Positions 8,758-17,739 of a DNA stretch of 32,000 nt are shown one piece after another; the stretch's first letter is position 1, and every line of letters starts with the position of its first letter. The DNA is from Candidatus Atelocyanobacterium thalassa isolate ALOHA (GTDB taxonomy: Bacteria; Cyanobacteriota; Cyanobacteriia; Cyanobacteriales; Microcystaceae): positions 1,230,001 to 1,262,000 of the forward strand of contig NC_013771.1 of NCBI RefSeq assembly GCF_000025125.1. Direction: 5' to 3'. The translations under genes and the position numbers were made by a program. Below the pieces are notes generated by a model that was not told where the DNA came from, did not search any database, and saw only the letters and a program-made list of their open reading frames with translations.

Positions 8758-10545
8758 ATGTTGACTCCGCTTATTGGCTTTATTATTGGGTTTATATTAT
8801 TAGAACTATGTTTTGGGATGTATGTGAATCGTATCGTTTCATCCTTTTTTTTTAATATTTATCAAGTAAAAGATAATTTTTTCTATATTTTAGGGTTAAC
8901 TCTAATTTCTATTTCTTTAATGATTGGAATGGCAGGCTATTTAAGTTATGTAACTGCTTACCAATTAAAAACTGTAAGAATATTATTAGGTGTAATAGGA
9001 TTCTTGTTTTTGACTTTTGGATTTCTGCAAAGTTTTAATATTATCAAGAATCTTAAAAAATATTTTAATCCCTTTTCTTACTTAATCTCAACTAAATTAA
9101 TTTTAAGTGTTCTTGCCATAACAATATTATTTTCTATCTTTTTAATTAGTTTTTTTGACTCAAACTATGGTGGTGATGCATTTATGTATCACTTACCATT
9201 TGCAGCAAGAATATGGAATATCATTACCCCTGAAGAATATAGTTTTGAATATTATACTGAGCACCGTTTTTTAGGGTTTCCTTTATTCGCGAACTGGTTA
9301 CAAGGTCTATTTTGGAAACTTTTCCAAAAACCTGAAGCAACTAACTTAGTTAGCTATCTTAGTTTGTTAACTATAATTTCATATCTTAAGTTATATTTAA
9401 AAATTCCTTTCTATATGGCTTCTTTATCTCTTTTAGCCATACCCATGGTTCATATGCATGCAGCAAGAAGTTATATAGACTTACCTGGGAATATTGCCGT
9501 TTCCATTCTTATTTTAACTACTTATTGCTTATATATTAATAAAAATTCTCTGAAATCAAAAAATCTTTTAATTATTTTTATTTCAGCAACCATAGCAGCT
9601 AATACAAAATTTCAATTAATCCCTGTTGTTTTTATAGTTTTATGTTTTGTATTATTTAAAATAAAAGTAATCTTCTTAGAAAACAAAAAAAACTTTCCAA
9701 AACTATTTAGAAGCGTAACACTGTGTTTATTAGCAAGCTTAATTGTTTTTTTCACGCCTATAAAAAATACTGTTATATACTCTAATCCTTTTTACCCGGT
9801 CGAAATAAAAGTAGCAGAATTTGTTTTAAATAACAAAGAAACGCCTCCTGATTTTATGCATGAAAATATAAGGAAACTTTCACCTTATTTAAGATGGGGA
9901 AGATCAATATTAGAAATAGATGTTTTTGATGATCGTAGGCCTTGGCCTTGGACGTTAGGAATGGATTTCATATCATGGGATGAAGAAAAATTTGGATTAG
10001 GAGGATATTTTGGAAGTTATGTAATTTTTAATTTTTTACTATTCATATATTTGTGTTGGAAGAATTATAGCCTAGAGGCAAAAGTAGCTTCATCTGTTAT
10101 GGCTTTAATGACGGTAATAACCCCCCTTTTTCCTCAGTCATATGAGTTAAGATACTATATGTATTGGATGATAGTTTTTGTTAGTTTAAATTCGTTTTTA
10201 ACTTGTCAACTAGTACAAAAGTCATCTCAAAAAGTTATTAATCCTAAAAACATTACTTTAATTGCCACATTTTTTGTGATGACCTTTATAATTAAAACTA
10301 AATTTTTCTTTACTATTCCTGAATTTGCATCCTTTAATAAGCAAATAATGAGAGAGGATATCGTAGACCAAAACATACTACGCAGCATCAATAATGGAGA
10401 CAATGTCTGTATTGTTAATAAAGCACCTCATACTTTCCTATATAGCTCTCATTTTTATTCGCCTAATAAATATTCTGTAAAAGCTGAATTTAATATAGAT
10501 TTAAATGAAGAAGAGTGTAAAGGTAGAAAAATCTTAAAAAATTAA
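8758..10545 (+). CDS. Large polytopic membrane protein, possible GT-C-fold glycosyltransferase or polymerase (unclassified)
   Basis: 595 aa with at least 12 hydrophobic segments. An acidic loop DSNYGGDAFMYHLPFA follows the early TM helices. The gene is sandwiched 26 nt after the FkbM gene and 38 nt before the GT39 gene. I recognise no named motif. Confidence 0.45.
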   Translation: MLTPLIGFIIGFILLELCFGMYVNRIVSSFFFNIYQVKDNFFYILGLTLISISLMIGMAGYLSYVTAYQLKTVRILLGVIGFLFLTFGFLQSFNIIKNLKKYFNPFSYLISTKLILSVLAITILFSIFLISFFDSNYGGDAFMYHLPFAARIWNIITPEEYSFEYYTEHRFLGFPLFANWLQGLFWKLFQKPEATNLVSYLSLLTIISYLKLYLKIPFYMASLSLLAIPMVHMHAARSYIDLPGNIAVSILILTTYCLYINKNSLKSKNLLIIFISATIAANTKFQLIPVVFIVLCFVLFKIKVIFLENKKNFPKLFRSVTLCLLASLIVFFTPIKNTVIYSNPFYPVEIKVAEFVLNNKETPPDFMHENIRKLSPYLRWGRSILEIDVFDDRRPWPWTLGMDFISWDEEKFGLGGYFGSYVIFNFLLFIYLCWKNYSLEAKVASSVMALMTVITPLFPQSYELRYYMYWMIVFVSLNSFLTCQLVQKSSQKVINPKNITLIATFFVMTFIIKTKFFFTIPEFASFNKQIMREDIVDQNILRSINNGDNVCIVNKAPHTFLYSSHFYSPNKYSVKAEFNIDLNEEECKGRKILKN

Positions 10546-10583
10546 CAAAATAATATCTATAATTTGAAAAACTAGTTTTTCTA

Positions 10584-12140
10584 ATGCTAAAAATTCAACA
10601 ACATTCCAAGGTATATCTTTTTATTATTCTTGTTTTTGCTTTTTTATTAAGAATAATATATCTAAATGATATTCCAAATGGTTTTTTTACAGATGAAGCA
10701 TCTAATGCATACGATGCATATTCGATACTTCATACTTTAAGAGATCAATATGGAGAATTATTGCCATGGTACTTTAAATCGGCAAATGATTATCGTGAAG
10801 GATTATATATGTATATTATGTTTCCTTTTATTAAATTTTTTGGTTTAAACCCATTGGGGGCAAGAATTATTTCATCTGTTATTGGTACATTAACAGTTTT
10901 AATTACTTACTATTTATCTAAAGAAATTTTTAACCAAAAAATTGGATTATTCTCTTCTTTTCTTTTGGCGATAAGTCCTTGGCATATTCATTTTAGTCGT
11001 GTAACTTTTAGAGCAATTTTAGTTCCGTGCCTATTTTGCTTAGGTTTATTATTTTTTATCAAGAGTTTTAAATACCCTAAATACCTAATAATATCCAGCT
11101 TTGTATTTGCTATCAGTATTTACACTTATAACTCTGCAAGATTGTTTATACCGTTATTTTTAATTGGTGTAGTAGCTATATACTGGAAACATCTTTGGAT
11201 AAATAAAGACTTCACAATTATATCTTTAATAATTTTTCTCATAATATTTTCTCCTCAGTTTATTTATCAACTATCCCCTGAAGGTATGGCTAGAGCTAAT
11301 ACAGTAGGAATAAAAACAAATTTAAGTATAGTATTTCATAATTATTTGTCTTATTTTAGTCCTGATTTTTTGTTTTTTGAAGGTGATCCAAGTCCACGCC
11401 ATACAATTAATAAAATGGCTGGATTATTTACATTTCAATTACCTTTATTAATAATAGGAATTTTAAGCTTAGTAAGGGAAACTAATATTTATAAATCACT
11501 TATTTTTTTATGGTTATTACTATACCCAATTCCTGCTGCTTTTATTTCAGCAGATAGTGCTGTGAGAACATTAGTGGTCACACCTCTTTTTTCAATCATT
11601 TCATCTTATACAGTTTTTAAAGCAATTAATCTTTTTAATAAAAAATATCGATATATTGTTACATGTTTAATAATTTCTATAATTGTTTCTAACGTAACAA
11701 TTTTTTGTAAACGTTATTTTATTGAATATCCAAACTGGCATACTGATGTTTGGCTATCAACTCTGGGAGAGACAATAAGCTATGCTGATCAAACTTCCTA
11801 TGAATGTATTATTTATAGTAATAACGCTTATGGAAATTATGCATACATATTAATTCCATTTTTTACTAAAATGTTTCCTGAGGAATATCATAAATTTAAT
11901 GTAGATGTTTCAACAAACCAGTTAGATATGGGTAGATGGAATATACAAAAGCTAGAAGCTTCTAAAGATTTAAATACTAGTTGCCTTTATCTTTTGAGCG
12001 GTGATCCAAATGCTAATAATCCTAAGGGACAAGATGGACAAATATTAAAAGCAAAAGGCTATGAGGAAAAATTTATTTACTCAATAAAAGATATTAAAAA
12101 TCGTGAATTTTTTCGTTTAGTAGAAATTAAAAAATCTTGA
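10584..12140 (+). CDS. Glycosyltransferase family 39 / ArnT-like phospholipid-carrier-dependent glycosyltransferase
   Basis: 518 aa. It has an N-terminal TM helix followed by the periplasmic-loop motif GFFTDEASNAYDAYSIL (the DE motif typical of PMT/ArnT GT-C enzymes), then about 11 TM segments and a soluble C-terminal domain. Confidence 0.7.
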   Translation: MLKIQQHSKVYLFIILVFAFLLRIIYLNDIPNGFFTDEASNAYDAYSILHTLRDQYGELLPWYFKSANDYREGLYMYIMFPFIKFFGLNPLGARIISSVIGTLTVLITYYLSKEIFNQKIGLFSSFLLAISPWHIHFSRVTFRAILVPCLFCLGLLFFIKSFKYPKYLIISSFVFAISIYTYNSARLFIPLFLIGVVAIYWKHLWINKDFTIISLIIFLIIFSPQFIYQLSPEGMARANTVGIKTNLSIVFHNYLSYFSPDFLFFEGDPSPRHTINKMAGLFTFQLPLLIIGILSLVRETNIYKSLIFLWLLLYPIPAAFISADSAVRTLVVTPLFSIISSYTVFKAINLFNKKYRYIVTCLIISIIVSNVTIFCKRYFIEYPNWHTDVWLSTLGETISYADQTSYECIIYSNNAYGNYAYILIPFFTKMFPEEYHKFNVDVSTNQLDMGRWNIQKLEASKDLNTSCLYLLSGDPNANNPKGQDGQILKAKGYEEKFIYSIKDIKNREFFRLVEIKKS

Positions 12141-12263
12141 TAAACTACAAGTAGCAATTTTCAGCAATAAATTTAATTTTAAAACATGAGATTAAAAAAT
12201 ATATTAAGCTAAAGTCTATAAAAATATTATAGAATTATTAAACAATTAAGATTATGGTTAATA

Positions 12264-13208
12264 ATGACCAGTAACGTTAGCTCTACTCTATCTTCGAAAA
12301 TTCCAAGCACGCCTCAAGGATTTAGGTCAGGATTTATAGGTATTATTGGTCGTCCTAATGTCGGTAAATCAACTATCATGAATCAGTTGATAGGCCAAAA
12401 AATAGTAATCACCTCCAATGTTTCTCAAACTACTCGTAATCGTCTCAAAGGAATTTTGACTACTGATACAGAACAGATGATTTTTGTTGATACTCCGGGA
12501 ATTCATAAGCCTCATCACAATCTTGGTAAAATTATCGTCAAAAATGCAAAAATTACGATTAATTCTGTAGATATTATTCTATTAGTTGTTGATAGTTCAA
12601 CTTTGTCTGGAGGGGGTGACCACTATATTATTAATTTATTAAAAAATACTGATAAAACAGTTATAGTCGGTCTTAATAAAAGTGACAAACAAACTGTTAA
12701 GCATGAAGAACTTGATGCAAGTTATTTGAACTTAATAAAAGAGTATAAATGGCCGATTGTTAAGTTTTCAGCTCTTACCAAAGAAGGGCTAGGAAATTTA
12801 CAAAATCTACTAATTAAAAACTTAGACTATGGGCCTTATTATTATCATCCTAGTTTAGCTACCGATCAACCAGAAAAATTTATTATTCAAGAATTAATTA
12901 GGGAACAAGTCTTACATTTAACTAGACAAGAAATTCCTCATTCTGTAGCTATAATTGTTGAAAAAATAGAGGAGACACCTACTGTAACTAAAATATTTGC
13001 TGCTATTAATGTAGAAAAAAACTCTCAAAAAGGTATCGTCATAGGGAGTAAAGGTAATATGCTTAAGTTAATTGGTACTCAATCAAGAATACAAATTCAA
13101 AAACTTATTGCTGGAGAAGTATATTTAAAACTATTTGTTAAGGTTGAATCTAATTGGAGGTTTTCTGACGGATGTCTAGCAAACTTTGGATATGGATATG
13201 AAGATTAA
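12264..13208 (+). CDS. era: GTPase Era
   Basis: 314 aa. G1 is GRPNVGKST, G3 is DTPG, G4 is NKSD, and a C-terminal KH domain is present (VIGSKGNMLKLIG). Confidence 0.93.
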   Translation: MTSNVSSTLSSKIPSTPQGFRSGFIGIIGRPNVGKSTIMNQLIGQKIVITSNVSQTTRNRLKGILTTDTEQMIFVDTPGIHKPHHNLGKIIVKNAKITINSVDIILLVVDSSTLSGGGDHYIINLLKNTDKTVIVGLNKSDKQTVKHEELDASYLNLIKEYKWPIVKFSALTKEGLGNLQNLLIKNLDYGPYYYHPSLATDQPEKFIIQELIREQVLHLTRQEIPHSVAIIVEKIEETPTVTKIFAAINVEKNSQKGIVIGSKGNMLKLIGTQSRIQIQKLIAGEVYLKLFVKVESNWRFSDGCLANFGYGYED

Positions 13209-13325
13209 AAAATTTAAATACATATCTAGTAAATTTTAAACTGTTATATATTTTAAATATAGTTAAATATTTGCGCAACATAAGCAAATTTATATTTTGA
13301 AAACTTATTGTTAATACTATAAAAA

Positions 13326-13354
13326 AATAGAGATGTTATTTAAACATCTCTATT
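13326..13354. terminator. Stem-loop between the convergent era and EF-hand genes. The A-run on the plus strand gives a U-run for the minus-strand transcript.
   Basis: The 12-bp perfect stem pairs AATAGAGATGTT with AACATCTCTATT around the 5-nt loop ATTTA. It is preceded by AAAAA on the plus strand. Confidence 0.55.
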
Positions 13355-13418
13355 ATGAAATTAATTTTATGTTTTCTCAGAAAACTTAGACGGAGCAATA
13401 ACCATAATTAACTTTAAC

Positions 13419-15857
13419 TTAAAGATTAACCGTAGTTTTAAATTGTCCAAAAATTTTACAGAATTCATCATAACTTAATTCATGATCACCACTAGTATCT
13501 GCTAAATTAAGCATTTGCTCAATTTGGCTATCAGATAGTCCTGTATCAATATCTCTTAAGCATAATCTGAGTTCTTCTAAACTAATATGTCCTGAGCCAT
13601 CCATGTCAAAGAAGCGGAAGCGTTGTAGCATTGCTTCTTCTTGTGTGTTTGTTAAGCTACAATGCATTAGACTGGTAAACTCAGAGAAAGTAAGCTCTTC
13701 ACTTCCACGACGACCAGTCATCATATCCATGACCTCCTGAAGTCTTTCAGAAGAATAAGAGCGACCAACTGCCCTTAATAAAGCATGTAATTCAGCCATT
13801 GATAAGGTATTATTTCCATCTTTATCAAACTTTTTGAATGCTTGTTGATAGAATACCATTTGTGTTTCATCAATTGGGCCAACATTGCAAGCGACTCCTT
13901 CTTTCCCTTGTGCAATGGCATCTATGTGTTCAATTGCACTAAGAGTATATGCCATAGTCTTCCATAAATGATGAGGATTAGAATTGGTTAAAATCTCTTG
14001 TTCTTCCTCAGGTGTGATAGAGTACTCTTCTCTTATATCTTCAACCATTTTCAGCTCTTTAGCCGATAGTTTTGAAAGAACATCATTAAATGATTCAAAT
14101 CCCTTTTTGCCAGTCATAATGTCATATAGACTTAGAATGATTGCTTGATGAGGATGATCCCTAGACGCTTCAACAATAGTATCGAAGAGTGACTGACGGT
14201 AACTTTCTTGCCTTAACCAGTCTTCACGATTTTTATCGTCTTGTATTTCATGAATATTAGGATTTTCAACCTCAATCTCTGTTAACACTAAATCATGTTC
14301 TTTATCAGAAATATTAAGCTCTAAACGAACCTGTTCAAACATTCCGAGACTAGCTGCAGCATTAACATAACCTTCAACTAATGTCTCTCTAACAATTCCT
14401 TTGTAGGCTTGTAATCTCTTCTCTTTATCAAATCCAGGAAGAATTTTAGCAAGGACATACACTTCATCAGCATGAAGATCGTCTAAAGATCTACCTTCTA
14501 GAAATTGAGAAACATCAAGTTTCAATCTTCCTAATTGTTTACGAAGACGACCAGCTAAACTCTCTCTTTGATATAGATATGGATTTCTAGGCCATGTTCT
14601 ATATAGCCATAATGAACTAACAATCGCCATTACTACAGGAAAAAGATATTCTAGAGATGAAGGTAATAGTCTAACTGCAGTACGACCGCCAAAAACGAAA
14701 AAGAAGTTATAGATTACAAATGTTCCTAATGCAAACATTCTGTGACGAACAATTTCATTATTGACCAATTTATGATGACGAAATAAATATGCTTTATAAC
14801 GTTTCTCAATAAAACGTCCCAACCAATAAGCTATTAAACCAAATGCTGCAATAACTAAAGGAGCAGCAACTAATTTAGGAATAGGTATAGGAGTATTGAA
14901 GATATATAAACCTGGTCTGAATAAATCAGCTACCTGATCTTCATGAGTGTAAACACCAGCAAAGTAGTATTCCCAATTACCTGCAAAAAGATAAAAATAA
15001 ACAAAGAAACCAACAGTTAAGCCAAAATAACCATAATGAAGCCACTGCTGTTCAGGTTTTGTTATGTTTTCCCAATATGTACGTTCTGCATCAATATCTA
15101 TACAAGGAGTTTTACAAGCTACACAAGAACTAATTTCTACACCTTCCGAATTAGTAGTACGACACATGGATTGTGTAACTAATTTTCGTTCTCCCTCACC
15201 TTCATGAGCAGTACTGTTAAGAAGGCCTCTAGGCTCTGCAAAAATTTTCTGCACAGGAGACATAGGGCAAAAATATTGACACCAAGATTTTCCACCAAAT
15301 AGAAATCCTACTGATATTGCAGATAAAATAGTTGCTACTAGAAAAAGTCCTAAAAGAAGACGATCTGAATTAACAAATAAAATACGGAGGGTAATTCCTA
15401 TATAAAATAGTGATAGTTGTAGATATAAGTGATTACGACCTAACCAAGATTTTTTATCAACTCTAGCTACTTCAACACGAGTCTTTCCTGTTATAACATC
15501 TACTCGTCTACGATGTCTTTGCCATCCTAGAGCACGAGGAATTTGAGATAGAAAAGATAAAGGACAGATTCGTCTCCATAATTCATGACCACCTACTAAT
15601 AAAGCAACTATACCTGTTGGAACAATCCAGCCCCAAAATAGAGCTGCTCCCATAGCATAAGGCTCTTCTTCTATACAATTTCCTTGAAGTTTTACACATA
15701 CTGTATAATCAAGAGCAAAAGGACTCCATGTATTTTCTGGTTGCGTAAACCAAGGAGAAACTGGATCCCAAAATAAAGAAAGAATAAGTACTAGCCAACC
15801 AATGGCTAACACCCATCGCACGTAGTGCATTTGTCGTTCAGGAATTCTCGCAAACAT
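13419..15857 (-). CDS. Multi-pass membrane protein with polyferredoxin-like Cys motifs and a C-terminal four-EF-hand Ca2+-binding module
   Basis: 812 aa. The N-terminal membrane part carries LWRRICPLSF, KSWCQYFCPMSP (a NapH/Fer4_5-like WCxxxCP motif) and CVACKTPC. At least 4 further TM helices follow. The C-terminus has canonical EF loops DKDGNNTLSMAE, DMDGSGHISLEE and DTSGDHELSYDE, plus one degenerate loop. Confidence 0.75.
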   Translation of the reverse strand: MFARIPERQMHYVRWVLAIGWLVLILSLFWDPVSPWFTQPENTWSPFALDYTVCVKLQGNCIEEEPYAMGAALFWGWIVPTGIVALLVGGHELWRRICPLSFLSQIPRALGWQRHRRRVDVITGKTRVEVARVDKKSWLGRNHLYLQLSLFYIGITLRILFVNSDRLLLGLFLVATILSAISVGFLFGGKSWCQYFCPMSPVQKIFAEPRGLLNSTAHEGEGERKLVTQSMCRTTNSEGVEISSCVACKTPCIDIDAERTYWENITKPEQQWLHYGYFGLTVGFFVYFYLFAGNWEYYFAGVYTHEDQVADLFRPGLYIFNTPIPIPKLVAAPLVIAAFGLIAYWLGRFIEKRYKAYLFRHHKLVNNEIVRHRMFALGTFVIYNFFFVFGGRTAVRLLPSSLEYLFPVVMAIVSSLWLYRTWPRNPYLYQRESLAGRLRKQLGRLKLDVSQFLEGRSLDDLHADEVYVLAKILPGFDKEKRLQAYKGIVRETLVEGYVNAAASLGMFEQVRLELNISDKEHDLVLTEIEVENPNIHEIQDDKNREDWLRQESYRQSLFDTIVEASRDHPHQAIILSLYDIMTGKKGFESFNDVLSKLSAKELKMVEDIREEYSITPEEEQEILTNSNPHHLWKTMAYTLSAIEHIDAIAQGKEGVACNVGPIDETQMVFYQQAFKKFDKDGNNTLSMAELHALLRAVGRSYSSERLQEVMDMMTGRRGSEELTFSEFTSLMHCSLTNTQEEAMLQRFRFFDMDGSGHISLEELRLCLRDIDTGLSDSQIEQMLNLADTSGDHELSYDEFCKIFGQFKTTVNL

Positions 15858-16487
15858 AAGCTGTGTTTTCCAACTCTATAGAGATAAAAAAGATTTCTCC
15901 AGGCTGATTTCACACTGGATAGTAAATAGACTACACATTTCCATTATCCCTGATTTTATACAGTTTTGGTAGAGCTTCTTTATCTACTAGCGTAAATAAA
16001 TTACATACTTAAATCATATTAAAGGGCTAATTTAAATAAAAATTTCACTAATAGATATAATTAATATAAGTAAAATTAATAATAATTCACTTAAACTTTA
16101 ATCTTATTGGTGCCTTAAGAAAAAGTTTTTTAAAGCACGCTTTCTAAGGTTTTAAATAATATGATTACATCTTGAAAATATTATTTTTCGGTACTTAAGG
16201 TATCTTTGAGTGAAAAATGTTAAAAGAAAAATATCTTTTTTCGTAATACTTTTAACATTTATTTTTTAAAACATTTAAATTAAATTTAATAGATTTGTAG
16301 GCAAAATTTAATAAAGTTAAAAATCAATTATTAGAATTAAATTAAATATTTAGTATCTATAAACTTTTTTCTAAATTATTTGTCTTATTTTTCTAATTTA
16401 GCTTAATATTCCAATATAAATTGCTGCAAGTCTTTTATTTAACCAGAAATAAAAGTAACTAGAACTATTTCTAAATAGTTGATTAAA

Positions 16488-16560
16488 TGGGTGTGACAGG
16501 ACTCGAACCTGTAGCCGACAGCTTAGAAGGCTGTTGCTCTATCCATTGAGCTACACACCC
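16488..16560 (-). tRNA. tRNA-Arg (anticodon UCU)
   Basis: The reverse complement folds as acceptor GGGTGTG/CACACCC, D-stem GCTC/GAGC, anticodon stem ACAGC/GCTGT with loop CTTCTAA, and T-arm ACAGG-TTCGAGT-CCTGT. The discriminator is A and the length is 73 nt. Confidence 0.92.
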
Positions 16561-16599
16561 ATACGGAATATTGTAACGTTTTTTTAGATAAAGTACATA

Positions 16600-17277
16600 T
16601 TAAAATTCAAATTCATTTAATCTTTTATGTAACATTTGTGGAAATTTCGCGTAATACTGTTTATTCAGAGGAGAAGGGTGAGGTAAAGGTAATAAATGAA
16701 CTTTCCTTTTATAATGTTTTCCTTGAAGATCCATAGCTTTTAAATTAACAGTAAGCTTAGCTTCATATCTATTATGAAGCTTCCAAAACTCTTCTATTTT
16801 GCCAGCTTCACAATAAGGAGAAAACCATTTAAAAGCTTCGGTTCCCAGGGTAACGATTTGGTTTCCCTGCCAATGAACTAATAGTAATTGTTCAATAAAT
16901 GGCCTAAATCTTTCTTTAACTTTATGTGAATACGCCTTGTTTCCTGGTGGTTTATAAGGAACCGTATTGGTTAAAAGGGCACGTTTGCAGATTGATTGGA
17001 TATCATCCTTTGTCATAATTTCTTGAGAATATAAGGCTTTATGAAACTCTTTACGAAGCAACATACCTGCAGCTCCTATCAAAGGCTGTCCCTGTTCAAC
17101 TTCATCTTTACCTAAATCTCGGCCAAAAAAACAAATTTGAGTATTAAACTTTCCCGCCCAAAGTATTGCCTCTGTAGGGATTCTTCCAGCAGATTTATAT
17201 ATAGAAAAATCGATAGGAAATTCTTCTTTTTCTGCTTCTTCACAAACTTTTTTTGAAAGAATTATGGGATTACTCAT
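16600..17277 (-). CDS. Uracil-DNA glycosylase superfamily protein (family-4-like, atypical motif A)
   Basis: 225 aa. FFGRDLGKDEVEQGQPLIGAAGMLL aligns with the family-4 pattern GE(A/G)PG..E...G.PF.G.AG.LL. LLTNTVPYKPPGN aligns with (Y/I)TN.VKCRPP.N. Motif B is HPSPLN. Confidence 0.65.
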   Translation of the reverse strand: MSNPIILSKKVCEEAEKEEFPIDFSIYKSAGRIPTEAILWAGKFNTQICFFGRDLGKDEVEQGQPLIGAAGMLLRKEFHKALYSQEIMTKDDIQSICKRALLTNTVPYKPPGNKAYSHKVKERFRPFIEQLLLVHWQGNQIVTLGTEAFKWFSPYCEAGKIEEFWKLHNRYEAKLTVNLKAMDLQGKHYKRKVHLLPLPHPSPLNKQYYAKFPQMLHKRLNEFEF

Positions 17278-17494
17278 TTAATCAAAGTTAGAAAACGTTT
17301 CAAGTTATTACAATATGGTTGCTCAACAAGAATTTCACAAACAAATTTTTATATTTTATTTAGAAATCCTTTTAAACAAAATGTCGTTGATCTAGCTTAT
17401 CGTCTATGTTTATACGTTAATATATACGCATAAAAACATTAAATAAGATTTTTACTTAATTTATCATTAAAAATATAAGTAAAGTAATTATTAT

Positions 17495-17689
17495 ATGAAC
17501 TATAGAATAAGTTTAACTCTTAAAATTACGATTTTCTCATTCCTATTATCGCTCCTTATTAAGCGTTTAGGCCCTCTATATCCTATTGATGCTAATCAAG
17601 TTAATATTTTGACTGGTATCATAGTATTTCCAGTAGTGATTTCTCTCCTAATGATATTGAAGTCTTGGATTCAACATTTCAAATTTTAA
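17495..17689 (+). CDS. Hypothetical small membrane protein (two predicted TM helices)
   Basis: 64-aa ORF that ends 50 nt upstream of the AI-2E transporter gene on the same strand. It has two hydrophobic stretches and no recognisable motif. It could be spurious in such AT-rich DNA. Confidence 0.3.
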   Translation: MNYRISLTLKITIFSFLLSLLIKRLGPLYPIDANQVNILTGIIVFPVVISLLMILKSWIQHFKF

Positions 17690-17739
17690 ATTCAATAATT
17701 ATATTATTTTTCTTTTAAACATTAAAACTGTAATTAATA

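Noticed and set aside
16636-16643. DnaA-box-like TGTGGAAA (TTTCCACA on the other strand) near the long AT-rich spacer, considered as a possible oriC
   Set aside because: It is a single box located inside the UDG-like coding sequence. I saw no cluster of boxes in the 15858-16487 spacer, and no dnaA or dnaN lies nearby.
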